Notes: generated from the sequence alone by a model not told the origin. A stretch of DNA of 64,000 bases from Oligoflexia bacterium (GCA_014378465.1 JACMNQ010000075.1:64352-128351), one strand, 5' to 3'; counted from the stretch's first letter, positions 18,404 to 29,219 are shown. Numbers and translations: made by a program.

Positions 18404-19352
18404 TCCGGGTAAAAAAACTCTCACAGCTTTCATTTTCGGCCTGGCGATTCTGGCGGTGAGCTTTTACCTCGCCCTCAGGTTGGGCTCCACTCAGGAACTC
18501 GACTGGGAGCTGGTCAAACAACTTCGTCTCCCGCGGGCCCTGATGGCGGTCGCAGTGGGTGCCGGACTGGCGGTTTCCGGAGCCACTTTGCAGGCTCTTT
18601 TCTCCAATCCTCTTTGCGAGCCCTACACGCTGGGCATCTCTTCCGGCTCTGCTCTGGGAGCTGTGATCGGACTCTCGATGGGAGTGACGGCAGGCTACGC
18701 CGGACTGTCCATCCCGGCCTTTCTCGGTGCAGGTGCCTTCGCTTTCATCCTCTATCTGGTTTCACTCCGTGCCCAGGCCAGTGGCGCCATCCTCCTTCTG
18801 TCGGGAGTGATGCTCGGATTTCTCGGCTCCAGCCTCGTCTCGCTCTGGATGGCCCTCGTGGATCCAAACGGAATTCAGGCCGCGATCTTCTGGCTTCTGG
18901 GAGATCTCTCGAGGGCGCGAATTCAGGGTGCGGTCCTGTCGCTGAGTCTCGTGACCCTTGTTTCACTTTGGATCGCCGCACATTCTCGCAAGCTCGACGC
19001 ACTTCTCATGGGCGAAGAAGCTGCAACCGCTCTGGGTATTTCAGTGCAAGGCACCCGTCGCCAGATGATTCTCGCGACTTCGCTTCTGATCGGGCTGTGC
19101 GTGAGCGGAGCGGGCATGATCGGTTTCGTCGGCCTCATCATTCCGCATTTCGTACGCAGGCACTGCGGGGCTTTGCATGGGAAACTGATACCACTCTGCG
19201 CGATCTGGGGAGCCAATGCGCTCCTGGTTGCCGACACACTCGCCAGGTGCATGGCCAGACCTTACGAACTGCCTGTCGGTGTGGTGACTGCCCTCGTGGG
19301 AGCCCCGCTTTTTCTCATGATCCTCTTTCAGGGAAGAGAGCGTGCCGCATGA
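18396..19352 (+). CDS. FecCD/BtuC-type ABC permease
   Basis: Motifs LRLPR, Q.LF.NPL.EP..LG.SSG, GEE.A..LG, G.IGFVGL.IPH, ELPVG..TA..GAP.F. Confidence 0.9.
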   Translation: MNNPGKKTLTAFIFGLAILAVSFYLALRLGSTQELDWELVKQLRLPRALMAVAVGAGLAVSGATLQALFSNPLCEPYTLGISSGSALGAVIGLSMGVTAGYAGLSIPAFLGAGAFAFILYLVSLRAQASGAILLLSGVMLGFLGSSLVSLWMALVDPNGIQAAIFWLLGDLSRARIQGAVLSLSLVTLVSLWIAAHSRKLDALLMGEEAATALGISVQGTRRQMILATSLLIGLCVSGAGMIGFVGLIIPHFVRRHCGALHGKLIPLCAIWGANALLVADTLARCMARPYELPVGVVTALVGAPLFLMILFQGRERAA

Positions 19353-20128
19353 GTCTTGAAGGTAAAGAGATCAGTTGCGACTTCGGCACCAAAAATGTTT
19401 TGAAAAAGAACTCGTTGGAGCTTCGTCCGGGCGAAATTCTTGGACTCATCGGACCCAATGGCTGTGGCAAGTCGACACTCATGAAGACTCTCGCCGGAAT
19501 CATCCCTCTCCAGAAAGGGCAGGCTGGCCAGGTCCTCGTCGATGGAAGGATCCTGAGCGAACTCACGCCGGCGGAGCGAGCCCGGAAAATCGCCTATGTG
19601 AGCTGTGAACTTCGTTCTGATTTTCCGGTCACCGCTTTTGAGGCCGTGCAGATGGGTCGGACGAGTCATGACGGAGGTTTCGGATCCCGATCGGAAGCCC
19701 TGATCGAAGCCGCGATGAAACGCGCGGGCTGCCTGGCCCTGCAAGGTCAGAACATTCAGACCCTGAGCAATGGGGAGCGCCAGCTCATCGCGTTTGCCCG
19801 TGCGCTCGCTCAGGGCTCAAGGTACCTGCTCCTGGATGAATCTCTTTCACAGATGGATCTTCACCATCAGGACCGGATCGGTAGTCTCCTGGGTGAGCTG
19901 AGCCAGGAAGGTTACGCGGTCATGCTGGTCTCGCATGACCTCAATCTCACGACCGAATGGGCCAGTCGCTGCATTCTGATGAAATCAGGGGCACAGCTCG
20001 ATGAGGGAACTCCCGAGAAAGTTCTCACTGCGGAAAATCTCAAAGCGCTTTATCCTGAAACGAATCTGGTGCTCGGGACCAATCCTTCGAGCGGTGCGCC
20101 GAAAGTCTTCTTCAGAAAAACGCGGTGA
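19349..20128 (+). CDS. ABC transporter ATPase (FecE/BtuD type)
   Basis: Walker A GPNGCGKST, signature LSNGERQ, Walker B LLLDE, SHD. ATGA overlap with the permease stop codon. Confidence 0.9.
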   Translation: MSLEGKEISCDFGTKNVLKKNSLELRPGEILGLIGPNGCGKSTLMKTLAGIIPLQKGQAGQVLVDGRILSELTPAERARKIAYVSCELRSDFPVTAFEAVQMGRTSHDGGFGSRSEALIEAAMKRAGCLALQGQNIQTLSNGERQLIAFARALAQGSRYLLLDESLSQMDLHHQDRIGSLLGELSQEGYAVMLVSHDLNLTTEWASRCILMKSGAQLDEGTPEKVLTAENLKALYPETNLVLGTNPSSGAPKVFFRKTR

Positions 20129-20978
20129 AACTGAAGACGTGCGCCGTCGTGGCCACGGGCTCGATCACGCGCTGAACGCCGTAATCCAGCGAGAGGCGCG
20201 GTCCAACCCAGCCGAAGCCCAGTCCATATCCACGACCGCGGGCGGCCAGATGCGGAATATTCGCATTGCGGAAATTTCCAATTCGAAGAAAGAAGTCATT
20301 CATCACGACGAGTTCGGCGCCGATTTCGTGTCCGAATTTTCCGGTTGTGGCGGTTGGTGCGTAGTGAGGATCGACATAGAAGAGGAGGATGCTTTTGAGA
20401 TTGTACTTGGTGCCGACGACGATTTCACGGGTCAGGTGACGCTCCCGAGACGCTTTCGTCTCCAGAATGTTGTCAAAAGTGATCGAAGTCTGCATCGTTT
20501 CGGAAAGAATCCCGGTGACTGAAGCATCCAGATCCTGGCCGTTGGCGATTGCCGGATTGTTGTAGAAAATCTTGCCGCCGATGGAGACTCCGATTCTCTT
20601 GATCAGGGTTTTGGAAGCGCCCACGTGGATGAATGTCCCGTCTTCGCGCTGAGTGTAGGCTGCACCTGCCTGAAACAGGTCGGACCTGCCATCGAGGATG
20701 GATACGGTATAATTTCGGCCATGAGGATCCTGACCCTGGACGGCTGGACCGGAATAATTCAGGTAATTCAGACCCAAGCTGTAGGTGGGGAGAAAAGACC
20801 CAAAAGAAGGATTCAAAAAAATCGCGTCATTGAGCAGGGGACCTGCATGGCCCGCTCCGCCAAGAGCTGCAGTTCGAGCGGAATGAACGTCAGAAGAAAA
20901 TGCGGAAGCCGTGAACGCTGATGAAACCAGAAAGGCTCCAAGAACCGCGAGCACCGGAGTGAAATTGAAAAGCCTCAT
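20112..20978 (-). CDS. Putative outer-membrane beta-barrel protein
   Basis: Signal peptide; SAR..ALGGA..A....DAIF.NP hatch-like start (FadL/PorV-like); amphipathic strands; C-terminal Phe. Confidence 0.65.
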   Translation of the reverse strand: MRLFNFTPVLAVLGAFLVSSAFTASAFSSDVHSARTAALGGAGHAGPLLNDAIFLNPSFGSFLPTYSLGLNYLNYSGPAVQGQDPHGRNYTVSILDGRSDLFQAGAAYTQREDGTFIHVGASKTLIKRIGVSIGGKIFYNNPAIANGQDLDASVTGILSETMQTSITFDNILETKASRERHLTREIVVGTKYNLKSILLFYVDPHYAPTATTGKFGHEIGAELVVMNDFFLRIGNFRNANIPHLAARGRGYGLGFGWVGPRLSLDYGVQRVIEPVATTAHVFSFTAFF

Positions 20979-21103
20979 GATGACGCGTCCTCTTTGGGTG
21001 TGAGCTTACGCTAAAATCCTCAAATTGGACAATCCTTTGCAAGCCCTGCCGGCTCGAGATAAGTTGTAATCAAGTGGAAACAGTCGATCCTTTTGGAGCA
21101 TGA

Positions 21104-21991
21104 ATGATGAAATCTTCTGGCGATAAAATGCGCGTTCGTAAAGCGGTGATTCCTGCGGCAGGCCTGGGTACACGGTTTCTTCCCGCCACCAAGGCGATCC
21201 CCAAGGAGATGATTCCGATCGTGGACATCCCGATGATCCAGCACATCGTCGAAGAAGCGGTGCGCTCCGGCATTCGGGATATCGTTCTCGTGACGGCGCG
21301 CCATAAAGAGGCGATTGAAAACCATTTTGATTACAATTACGAGATTGAGGACACGCTGGAGAAGAAGGGCAAGCAGGAGCTCGCCGACCTGTCCAAAGCG
21401 GTGGGAAAACTCTGCAACCTGATTTCCATTCGCCAGAAGAACCCCATGGGTCTCGGGCATGCCGTCCTTTGCGCTCAGCCGATCATCGGCAATGAACCTT
21501 TTGCCGTGCTCCTGGGGGATGACCTGATTGATTCAGAAATTCCCTGCACCCAGCAGCTCATTGACCTCTACCATGAACATCAGGCCTCGGTGGTCGGAGT
21601 GATGGAAGTCCCCATGGAAGAAGTTTCCAAGTACGGGATCGTCGGTGGCAAGATGCTCAGCGAGCGTTTGATGCACGTGAGTCATCTGGTCGAAAAGCCG
21701 GCTGTGGGTCAGTCCCCCTCCCAGTTCGCGATTCCCGGCCGCTACGTTCTGAGCCCCACGATTTTTGACTGCCTGAAAAACACGAAATCGGGCAAAGGCG
21801 GCGAAATTCAGCTCACAGATGGTTTGCAACTTCTTGCGGAGCGAGAGAGACTGTTGGCGTATCAGTTCATGGGCACCCGGTACGATACCGGGGACCGGTT
21901 GGGTTTCATTGACGCGACTCTGGCCTTTGCCTTGAAGCGTCCTGAACTCGCACCGGGAGTGCGTGAGCTGATGAAAAAACATCTTAAATGA
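21104..21991 (+). CDS. galU: UTP-glucose-1-phosphate uridylyltransferase
   Basis: Motifs KAVIPAAGLGTRFLPATKAIPKEM, GLGHAVLCA, VEKP, GGEIQLTD. Start may be 21128. Confidence 0.96.
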   Translation: MMKSSGDKMRVRKAVIPAAGLGTRFLPATKAIPKEMIPIVDIPMIQHIVEEAVRSGIRDIVLVTARHKEAIENHFDYNYEIEDTLEKKGKQELADLSKAVGKLCNLISIRQKNPMGLGHAVLCAQPIIGNEPFAVLLGDDLIDSEIPCTQQLIDLYHEHQASVVGVMEVPMEEVSKYGIVGGKMLSERLMHVSHLVEKPAVGQSPSQFAIPGRYVLSPTIFDCLKNTKSGKGGEIQLTDGLQLLAERERLLAYQFMGTRYDTGDRLGFIDATLAFALKRPELAPGVRELMKKHLK

Positions 21992-22062
21992 GTTTGGCGC
22001 TCTTTCATGAGGCACCGGACTCAGGTGGATCGCTGACCGGATCACCCACTGGATTGGATGAC

Positions 22063-22869
22063 ATGAAAGTATTCCCGCTCGTTTTCACAATCACTCTGGG
22101 ACTGGCCTGCATCGCGAGCTTCGCGTGCGACGTCGCGCAGGCCTATGTGCCACCTTCACAATTCATCGTGAGGTCAATGGTCAAGAAACACCTGGGAGCA
22201 AAGGCGATTCGTCTGAAGAGCAATTTCGTACTGGCTGACTCCCAGAAAGTCTTCAAGGAAACAGCCTGGGTGGACTATGCGAACGAGTCCATCAAGAGCC
22301 GCATGTTTGATGATACCGGCAAAGAAGTCTTCGCTTATGAAAGAAAGCTGGACCTGCATGCTCCGATGCCGGACCTGATTCTGCTTGAGACTCGCTCGGA
22401 AATGCTCGCTAGAGCGCTCCGGACCAAGGATGTCCCGGTACGCTCCGAGCCCGAGCTTCTCGCACTCAAAACTGAAGAAGAGCGTCGCGCCGTCGAAATC
22501 ACCGCTTTGACTCGCTGGAAGGGAACCCTCGCCTGGGCCATCGGAAAGATCCGAGGTTCAGACAAGACCAATCAGCTCTGGATCGAAAAAGATACCTTTG
22601 AGCCTCTTCGTTACATTCAGAACGCGGATCACCCGACTGAAGTTCGTTTTGAGAACTTCAAAGTGACTCGCGAGATTCCGTATCCAAAACTCATCACCTA
22701 TCTCGAAGAGGACAAGCCGGTGTTCAAGCTTGAGTCCGTCGAAGTTCAGATGAATCCGGACTCCCTTGAGCTCAAGGCTCCAATCAAAGTCGGCTTCACG
22801 GACGTTGGAAACTCTCTCGATTCAAACTCGCAAGCCGCGATCAAAAAATTCTACCAAGAAGTTCGGTAA
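22063..22869 (+). CDS. Hypothetical exported protein (possibly LolA-like fold)
   Basis: Signal peptide ending AQA; [13 protein letters not shown] resembles a LolA-superfamily strand. Confidence 0.55.
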   Translation: MKVFPLVFTITLGLACIASFACDVAQAYVPPSQFIVRSMVKKHLGAKAIRLKSNFVLADSQKVFKETAWVDYANESIKSRMFDDTGKEVFAYERKLDLHAPMPDLILLETRSEMLARALRTKDVPVRSEPELLALKTEEERRAVEITALTRWKGTLAWAIGKIRGSDKTNQLWIEKDTFEPLRYIQNADHPTEVRFENFKVTREIPYPKLITYLEEDKPVFKLESVEVQMNPDSLELKAPIKVGFTDVGNSLDSNSQAAIKKFYQEVR

Positions 22870-22874
22870 ATGAA

Positions 22875-24896
22875 GTGATCCTTTCAGTCGCCATCCCACG
22901 CCCTCTCGAGGGCCTTTTCACTTACAAAATCCCGCCGGAAATGGTGGACAAGGTTCACGTCGGTGGCTGGGTCAAGGTTCCTTTCGGTCGCTCCGCCACT
23001 CATGCGTTCATCGTTGAGGCGCCCAAGGAAGACTCCGAGCTTCCTGAGCACATCAAGGCCGAAAAGCTCAAAGCCATCCTTGAAGTCGGCGAAGAAGGCG
23101 CAATCTTCACGCACGACGTACTTGAACTCTGTCGCTGGGCTCATAAATATTATTGTTCGCCTCTTGGAGAAGTCCTGCACTGTGCGGCTCCACCCGCGGC
23201 ACTGGGTCTGCGGAGCACTCGAAAAAAAGCCCGTGCTCTGAAGGGCGGCGCTCATGTCGCTGCAATCCCGGGACACACTCTCACCGAGCCTCAGCTTGAA
23301 GCTCTCGCCATTCTCGAAAAAAGCAGAACAGCCGCGCCTGACTCGGGTGTTCCCAGAGTCGCACTCCTTCACGGCGTGACGGGAAGCGGGAAGACGGAGA
23401 TCTACATCGAGCTCGCCAAGCGCGCTCTGGCCGACGGCAAAGGCGTGATCCTGCTCGTTCCGGAAATCGCGCTGACTTCGCAGCTTCACCGCAGATTCGA
23501 AGAAGGCCTGGGAGTTTCAGTCGCTCTCTGGCACTCAGCGCTTTCAAATGCCAAACGTCGCGATGAGATGGCCGCACTTCAGACCGGTGAACTGAGAGTG
23601 ATCGTCGGGGCGCGCTCCGCGGTCTTCGCTCCGGTCAAGGATCTCGGCCTCATGATCATTGATGAAGAGCATGACCCGACTTACAAGCAGGAAGATCGTG
23701 TGAAGTACCACGCGAGGGACCTTGCCGTCGTGAGATCCAAGCTCACCGGCGCCTGCGTGATTCTCGGATCAGCGACTCCCAGTCTTGAAACTCGCGAACG
23801 CGCTCGTGAAGGCAAGTACGCTCTCGCCCGCCTCACGCAGAGAATCGCAGTGGGTGGTCTCCCGACCGTGGACATCGTGGATCTCGGTGAAGAGGAAAGA
23901 GTCGAAGGACTTCAGGCCCCGCTGGCAAAGAGAACTCTTGATGCGATTCGCGAAACCGTGGCTGCCGGCAATCAGGCGATGATTTTTCTCAACCGCAGAG
24001 GGTATGCCGCCTTTCTCGTCTGCGAAGACTGCGGGGACGTCAAAGAGTGTCCGAATTGTTCCATCTCCCTGACTGTTCATAAAAAGCGCGTTCAACTCAA
24101 GTGCCACGTTTGCGGACATTTTGAACCCATTCCAGACTTCTGCGAGAAGTGTCAGGGACTGAAGCTCAAACCCATGGGGGCGGGGACCGAAAGTCTTGAA
24201 GACGAACTCCCGAAACTGCTGGAGGGCGTGACGACTCTTCGCCTGGACCGGGATATGGTCACCAGTTCCACGCGGCTCAATCAGATTCTGGATGATTTTC
24301 GGAATAAAAAAGCGCAGTTATTGCTCGGAACACAGATGCTGGTCAAGGGTCATGATTTTCCGGGAGTGACTCTGGTCGTGGTGATTCTTGCGGACGGCCT
24401 CTTCAGGTGGCCGGATTTCCGCGCTCCCGAGCGCGCTTTTCAGGTTTTGACCCAGGTTGCTGGCCGCGCGGGTCGAGGGGAACATCCTGGCAAAGTCATG
24501 ATTCAGACTTACAATATTGATCACCCCGTCATTCACGCAGTGCAGGGAATCATCACTGAAGACGCCTTTCTGGAAACCGAACGTGAACTCCGTGAAGTGC
24601 TCCATTACCCTCCATTTGGACGCCTTGCGCGACTTCGCTTTGAGAGTACCGATCAGCAGGAAGCGAAGACTCGGGCCACTACCGTGGCACAGGCCCTTCA
24701 GCAGAATGAAGGCGTGGATGTGCTGGGACCGAGCGAAGCTTTTCTTGAACGAGCCAAGGGGATTTATCGCTGGGATATCCTGTTGAAAAGTCAGACCATA
24801 CAGCCGCTTCAGAAGGCCATCCACCGGGTGAAGGAAATTTCTCACTCAAAAAAATGGCCATTCCTTGTCGATGTGGATCCTTACGGGATAGGATAG
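22875..24896 (+). CDS. priA: Primosomal protein N' helicase
   Basis: Motifs [31 protein letters not shown], four CxxC pairs, QVAGRAGR. Confidence 0.96.
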   Translation: MILSVAIPRPLEGLFTYKIPPEMVDKVHVGGWVKVPFGRSATHAFIVEAPKEDSELPEHIKAEKLKAILEVGEEGAIFTHDVLELCRWAHKYYCSPLGEVLHCAAPPAALGLRSTRKKARALKGGAHVAAIPGHTLTEPQLEALAILEKSRTAAPDSGVPRVALLHGVTGSGKTEIYIELAKRALADGKGVILLVPEIALTSQLHRRFEEGLGVSVALWHSALSNAKRRDEMAALQTGELRVIVGARSAVFAPVKDLGLMIIDEEHDPTYKQEDRVKYHARDLAVVRSKLTGACVILGSATPSLETRERAREGKYALARLTQRIAVGGLPTVDIVDLGEEERVEGLQAPLAKRTLDAIRETVAAGNQAMIFLNRRGYAAFLVCEDCGDVKECPNCSISLTVHKKRVQLKCHVCGHFEPIPDFCEKCQGLKLKPMGAGTESLEDELPKLLEGVTTLRLDRDMVTSSTRLNQILDDFRNKKAQLLLGTQMLVKGHDFPGVTLVVVILADGLFRWPDFRAPERAFQVLTQVAGRAGRGEHPGKVMIQTYNIDHPVIHAVQGIITEDAFLETERELREVLHYPPFGRLARLRFESTDQQEAKTRATTVAQALQQNEGVDVLGPSEAFLERAKGIYRWDILLKSQTIQPLQKAIHRVKEISHSKKWPFLVDVDPYGIG

Positions 24897-24902
24897 CTTC
24901 AG

Positions 24903-25640
24903 ATGTCTGACGAAAAAAAGACGCAACGGGAAATTCAGCGCAAGCTGGTTCGGAACAAGATCGAACAGCAGGTTCAGCAGGTCGAAGACGAGCGGAAGCG
25001 TGAGCTTCTGAAGCGTCGACTTGAGTTGGCTCGCAACGGAGCCACGCACTACGCTGCCGGACAGTATTCTGAAGCGGCGAAACTTTTCATGACCTATATC
25101 CGGGTGCTCGAAGACTGGAAGGGGGCTTCCAGGGGTGGACTGAGCCCTGCCAATTTTGATCTCAAGACTGAACTCTCTGAGCTTGTGCTTTTGAGCGGGA
25201 TCTACTGGGATCTGGTGAAGCTTTTTGATCGGACACAATCTGCGAACAAGCAGGACGACTTCAAGCACTACCTCGACAAGTACGTTCTCTTCTCCAAAGG
25301 TTTCACGTTTCAGCCCTTGGCTTCAGAAGCGATTCGAAAGTACATGCGGAACGGCAAGCCCGTGCACAAGGCTGAGTTCAAAGCCGCGTATGTGACTCTA
25401 TCCGGTGAAAAATGCTTCATTGCGACTTCGCTGATGGATGTTTGTGATGAGCGGACTCTGCCGAGGCTGCGGACTTTCAGGGACGAACATTTATCAAAAT
25501 CTCTGGGCGGACGTGCATTGATCGTGGTCTATTACAAAGTCGGTCCGAAGCTGGTCGGGCCGGTGAACTCAATCCCCTGGGTTCGGGAAAAAATCGCACG
25601 CGTCCTGGACAGAATCGCAGAACGAGTTTCAGGAAGCTGA
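24903..25640 (+). CDS. Helical protein with C-terminal CFI-box-CTERM-like domain
   Basis: Ends in CFIATSL......LPRLRTFRDEHL.....GRALI..YY..GP.L. Confidence 0.7.
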   Translation: MSDEKKTQREIQRKLVRNKIEQQVQQVEDERKRELLKRRLELARNGATHYAAGQYSEAAKLFMTYIRVLEDWKGASRGGLSPANFDLKTELSELVLLSGIYWDLVKLFDRTQSANKQDDFKHYLDKYVLFSKGFTFQPLASEAIRKYMRNGKPVHKAEFKAAYVTLSGEKCFIATSLMDVCDERTLPRLRTFRDEHLSKSLGGRALIVVYYKVGPKLVGPVNSIPWVREKIARVLDRIAERVSGS

Positions 25641-25669
25641 ACGCAAACGGAGTCTCTCGCGAGTGAAAC

Positions 25670-26455
25670 CTATTTCAGAATCGTTCCGATGCGGCTGGGT
25701 CTGAACGTCAACTGACTGTCCGAGAAATTGATCCAGAGAGAGAGCCAGATGATCTCGGCTCTGCCTTTGACGTTTCTCATCGGGACAAATCCCCAGAAGC
25801 GGCTGTCGTTGGAGAAGTCACGGTTGTCGCCCATGACGAAAAGACTCTCAGGCGGCACGGTGATCGGACCGAAGGTCTCACCGAGGAAGTTGTTCTTGTC
25901 GAGCATGATCACGTGGTCTTTATTGTTCTCGCCCATCTTCTCACGGAAGAGTTCAAGGTTGGTCTGACTGTACTTGGGATCATCGAGATTCTGAAAGATC
26001 TGATCGGACTGAGCAGGCGGCAGATTTTCCTTCGGAACCATCTGATTGTTCACGTAGAGAACCTTGCTTCGGATCTCGACGGTGTCACCCGGAGTTCCAA
26101 TGACGCGTTTGATATAGTAAAAGCTCTCGTCCTTCGGATACATGAAGACGATGATGTCACCGCGCTTCGGCGGGTCACGCTTCACGACGTAGACTGGGTG
26201 GTCAGTGACCAGATCCGAGAAAGGAATCTTGAAGCCGTAGGCGAACTTGTTCACGAAGATGTGATCGCCGATGAAGAGAGTGGGGATCATGGAGCCCGAC
26301 GGAATCTTGAAGGCTTCGACGACACTGGAGCGGATCATGAACACGAGCAGAAGGGCCAGTCCCAGGGAGGTCACATTTTCAATGAACCATTTTTTCCGCG
26401 ATTGGGTATCAGCGCCTGGAGTCGAACCTTCTTTGTGATCTGTCATGATTGACAT
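25670..26455 (-). CDS. lepB: Signal peptidase I
   Basis: Motifs IPSGSMIPTL..GD...VNK, RGDIIVF, YIKRVIG.PGD, MGDNRD.S.DSR.WGFVP. ATG at 26455 follows an AGAAGG Shine-Dalgarno. Confidence 0.95.
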   Translation of the reverse strand: MSIMTDHKEGSTPGADTQSRKKWFIENVTSLGLALLLVFMIRSSVVEAFKIPSGSMIPTLFIGDHIFVNKFAYGFKIPFSDLVTDHPVYVVKRDPPKRGDIIVFMYPKDESFYYIKRVIGTPGDTVEIRSKVLYVNNQMVPKENLPPAQSDQIFQNLDDPKYSQTNLELFREKMGENNKDHVIMLDKNNFLGETFGPITVPPESLFVMGDNRDFSNDSRFWGFVPMRNVKGRAEIIWLSLWINFSDSQLTFRPSRIGTILK

Positions 26456-26503
26456 ACGATACCTTCTAATATCTGTAAGTTGTAGCTTAAAAAGAAACCC
26501 GGC

Positions 26504-27580
26504 ATGAGAACATTGGACCGCTATATCGCTGCGAGCTTTTTGAAGAACTTCGCGTTGGCGGTTCTTTCGCTGACCTGTCTTTATCTTTTTCAGGCACTTC
26601 TGGGTGATCTGCTCGACAACTCCTTTCCTCCCACCCAACTGCTCTACTATAATCTGCTGAATGTTCCTTCCATCCTGGTCCAGATGGCTCCGCCCTCCGT
26701 GTTGATCGGGACGGTTTTGACGCTCTCCGGACTCAATCGCAACAACGAACTGACTGCGTGCTTTTCAATCGGGGTGGGTCTTTCCCGCATCCTCGTGGTG
26801 GTGGTTTCACTCGTCTTTTTGATTTGCTGCACTATGTTGATTCTCCAGGACCGCATCCTGCCGCCCCTCTACAAGACCAGGACCACTTACTACTGGCGCA
26901 CCATGAAGAAGCGCACGGACTTCTTTCTCGACGTCAAGCAGAACAAGATCTGGTACCGCTCAAAAAATCTGATCTACAATCTGCGAGCTTTCGATTCAAA
27001 GACCAAGAGCATTCTCGGCATGACGGTCTATACGTTTGACGGTGACTTCAATCTTCTGCAGACGGTCGATGCCGAGCGAGCCACCTTCACTCCCAACGGG
27101 TGGACGCTCCTCAACGGCACCGTGACCGTATTTTCGAAGGAAGATCAGTTTCCGCAGACCCAGAAGTTCCAGGAAAAGGGACTTCTGATCGCTGAAACCC
27201 CGAAGGACTTTCAGGAAATCGAAAAAGAAGTCGACGGTCTCCGGATCAAGGATCTCTACAGATACATCAAGCGGACCCAGGAAGCGGGAACCGATACCAA
27301 GAGCTTCGAAGTCAAACTCTGGTCCAGACTCTCCCAGAGCTTCATTCCACTGGTCATGTGTTTTCTGGGCGTTCCTTTTTCGACCCGGAGCAGACGAGAA
27401 GGAGGGGCGGCAAAAGACCTGGGAATGTGCCTTGGATTCACCTTTTTCTATTGGCTTTTCTACTCCATCGGACTATCTCTGGGAACTAATGGCGCAGTGC
27501 CTCCGGTCGTGGCTGCCTGGTTACCCAGCATGGTCTTCGCAGTGATTGCAGCAGGGCTGATCGCTCGTCAGCAGAAGTAA
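26504..27580 (+). CDS. lptG: LPS export ABC permease, LptF/LptG family
   Basis: LDRYI start, L....ELTA...G.G..R, periplasmic beta-jellyroll, C-terminal P...AAWLP. Confidence 0.8.
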   Translation: MRTLDRYIAASFLKNFALAVLSLTCLYLFQALLGDLLDNSFPPTQLLYYNLLNVPSILVQMAPPSVLIGTVLTLSGLNRNNELTACFSIGVGLSRILVVVVSLVFLICCTMLILQDRILPPLYKTRTTYYWRTMKKRTDFFLDVKQNKIWYRSKNLIYNLRAFDSKTKSILGMTVYTFDGDFNLLQTVDAERATFTPNGWTLLNGTVTVFSKEDQFPQTQKFQEKGLLIAETPKDFQEIEKEVDGLRIKDLYRYIKRTQEAGTDTKSFEVKLWSRLSQSFIPLVMCFLGVPFSTRSRREGGAAKDLGMCLGFTFFYWLFYSIGLSLGTNGAVPPVVAAWLPSMVFAVIAAGLIARQQK

Positions 27581-27610
27581 CACAGGGACTCCAGATCAAA
27601 GAAAACCCCC

Positions 27611-28249
27611 ATGGCCAAACTTAAAATTTACACCTACCCAGATCTGATCCTGACGCAAAAGGCTGCCCCCATTCAACGGGTGGAGAAGTCTTACTTCAAG
27701 TTGGCCGACGACATGCTCGAAACCATGTACCATGCTCCCGGCATCGGACTGGCCGCGAACCAGGTCGGCATTCTCGAGCGTATTCTGGTTCTGGATACCG
27801 AATATGATTATGAAGAGCTCGAGGATGGCCAGACGGCTCCCGCGGGTGCTGAAGTCGTCAACGGCGGCATCATCTCCAACCGCAAGCCGCAGATCGTGAT
27901 CAATCCGGAAATCATCTACAAAGAAGGCAGCATCCTGTTTTCCGAAGGCTGCCTTTCGGTTCCCGAATATTCAGCCGACGTCAAACGTTCTGAAAAAGTG
28001 AAGCTGCAGTACCAGACCATCGATGGCATCACGAAAGTACTGTCAGCGGACGGTCTTCTGGCGGTCGCCATCCAGCATGAAATGGATCACCTTGAAGGCC
28101 GGCTCTTCATCGATCGTCTCAGCCCGCTGAAGAAAGAACTTGTCCGAAAGAGACTGAAAGCCGAACGCGCCGAGCGCGAACTCGACGATCAGATGGGCTC
28201 CGCTTCGCTCGAATCGACCTTTTCACGTAAAAAATCCAAGAAGAAATGA
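27611..28249 (+). CDS. def: Peptide deformylase
   Basis: Motifs GIGLAANQVG, EGCLSVP, QHEMDHL.G. Confidence 0.96.
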   Translation: MAKLKIYTYPDLILTQKAAPIQRVEKSYFKLADDMLETMYHAPGIGLAANQVGILERILVLDTEYDYEELEDGQTAPAGAEVVNGGIISNRKPQIVINPEIIYKEGSILFSEGCLSVPEYSADVKRSEKVKLQYQTIDGITKVLSADGLLAVAIQHEMDHLEGRLFIDRLSPLKKELVRKRLKAERAERELDDQMGSASLESTFSRKKSKKK

Positions 28250-28271
28250 AGAATCTGAAACTGAGGCTTCA

Positions 28272-29219
28272 ATGACACTCAAAGTGGTATTCATGGGAAC
28301 TCCTGGCTTCGCGGTGGGTGCGCTCGAAGCGGTTCACAAAGTCCATCAGGTCGTCGGCGTCTACACTCAGCCCGACAAGCCCGTGGGGCGCGGGCTTGAG
28401 GTCCAGTCTTCAGCAGTGAAGAACAAAGCGGTCGAACTCGGCCTCCCGATCTTCCAGCCCGAAAAGCTTTCACAGGAAGGCGAGTTTGAACGACTCCAGA
28501 CTCTCGCTCCCGACGTCATCGTGATCGTCGCCTACGGACAGATCCTCAAGCGCAACATACTCGATCTCCCGAGACTGGGCTGCATCAACATCCACTCCTC
28601 ACTCCTTCCTCGCTGGAGAGGTGCGGCTCCCATTCACTGGGCGCTGCTCGGTGGGGATGAAGTCACGGGTGTCAGCACGATGCACCTCGTGCCCAAACTC
28701 GATGCAGGCGATGTGCTTCTCCAGGCGAAGACGCCCGTGAAAGAAGACGACACACTCTCCACGCTCCATGATCGACTTGCCTCCATGGGGGCTGAGCTCA
28801 TCATTCCGACTCTCGAAGGGCTTCAGGCCGGCACGCTGATGGGCCAGGTTCAGGATGAATCGCTGGTCACTTATGCCCAGAAGTTGGCCAAGGAAATGGA
28901 AGCCCTCAAACCGAGCGAATCCGCCTTTCTGCTGGATCGAAAGGTCCGCGCGCTCAATCCCTGGCCGGGCACGAGCGTGATCCTCGCCACGGGCGAAAGA
29001 CTCAAGATCAAACGCGCTAAGCTGCGCCGCGATATTCAGGGAAATGCGGGCAAAATTTTCGAAAAAGCAGGAATGGCCCTTTTAGGCACTCCAGACGGCG
29101 CTTTGGAGCTTTTGAGTGTCCAGTGGGACGGCAAAAAGGAAGTCGACGCCGCCGGTTTTCTCAATGGTCTAAGAGGCCGTGGCCAGTCTCTTCCACTTGA
29201 GCTAAGCTCGAGCACATGA
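28272..29219 (+). CDS. fmt: Methionyl-tRNA formyltransferase
   Basis: Motifs FMGTP.FA, TQPD.P.GRG, NIH.SLLPRWRGAAPI, LDAGD, RALNPWPG. Confidence 0.96.
   Translation: MTLKVVFMGTPGFAVGALEAVHKVHQVVGVYTQPDKPVGRGLEVQSSAVKNKAVELGLPIFQPEKLSQEGEFERLQTLAPDVIVIVAYGQILKRNILDLPRLGCINIHSSLLPRWRGAAPIHWALLGGDEVTGVSTMHLVPKLDAGDVLLQAKTPVKEDDTLSTLHDRLASMGAELIIPTLEGLQAGTLMGQVQDESLVTYAQKLAKEMEALKPSESAFLLDRKVRALNPWPGTSVILATGERLKIKRAKLRRDIQGNAGKIFEKAGMALLGTPDGALELLSVQWDGKKEVDAAGFLNGLRGRGQSLPLELSSST

Noticed and set aside
18614-19348. N-terminal 245 aa of the 504-aa ORF
   Set aside because: It is an off-frame overlap of the permease. The ATPase starts at the ATGA overlap at 19349.
26456-26638. Extended N-terminus of lepB (similar ORF-track extensions on spoVG, murU, mtgA and murB)
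   Set aside because: The extensions overlap neighbouring genes or promoter regions, and downstream ATGs fit the family N-termini better.
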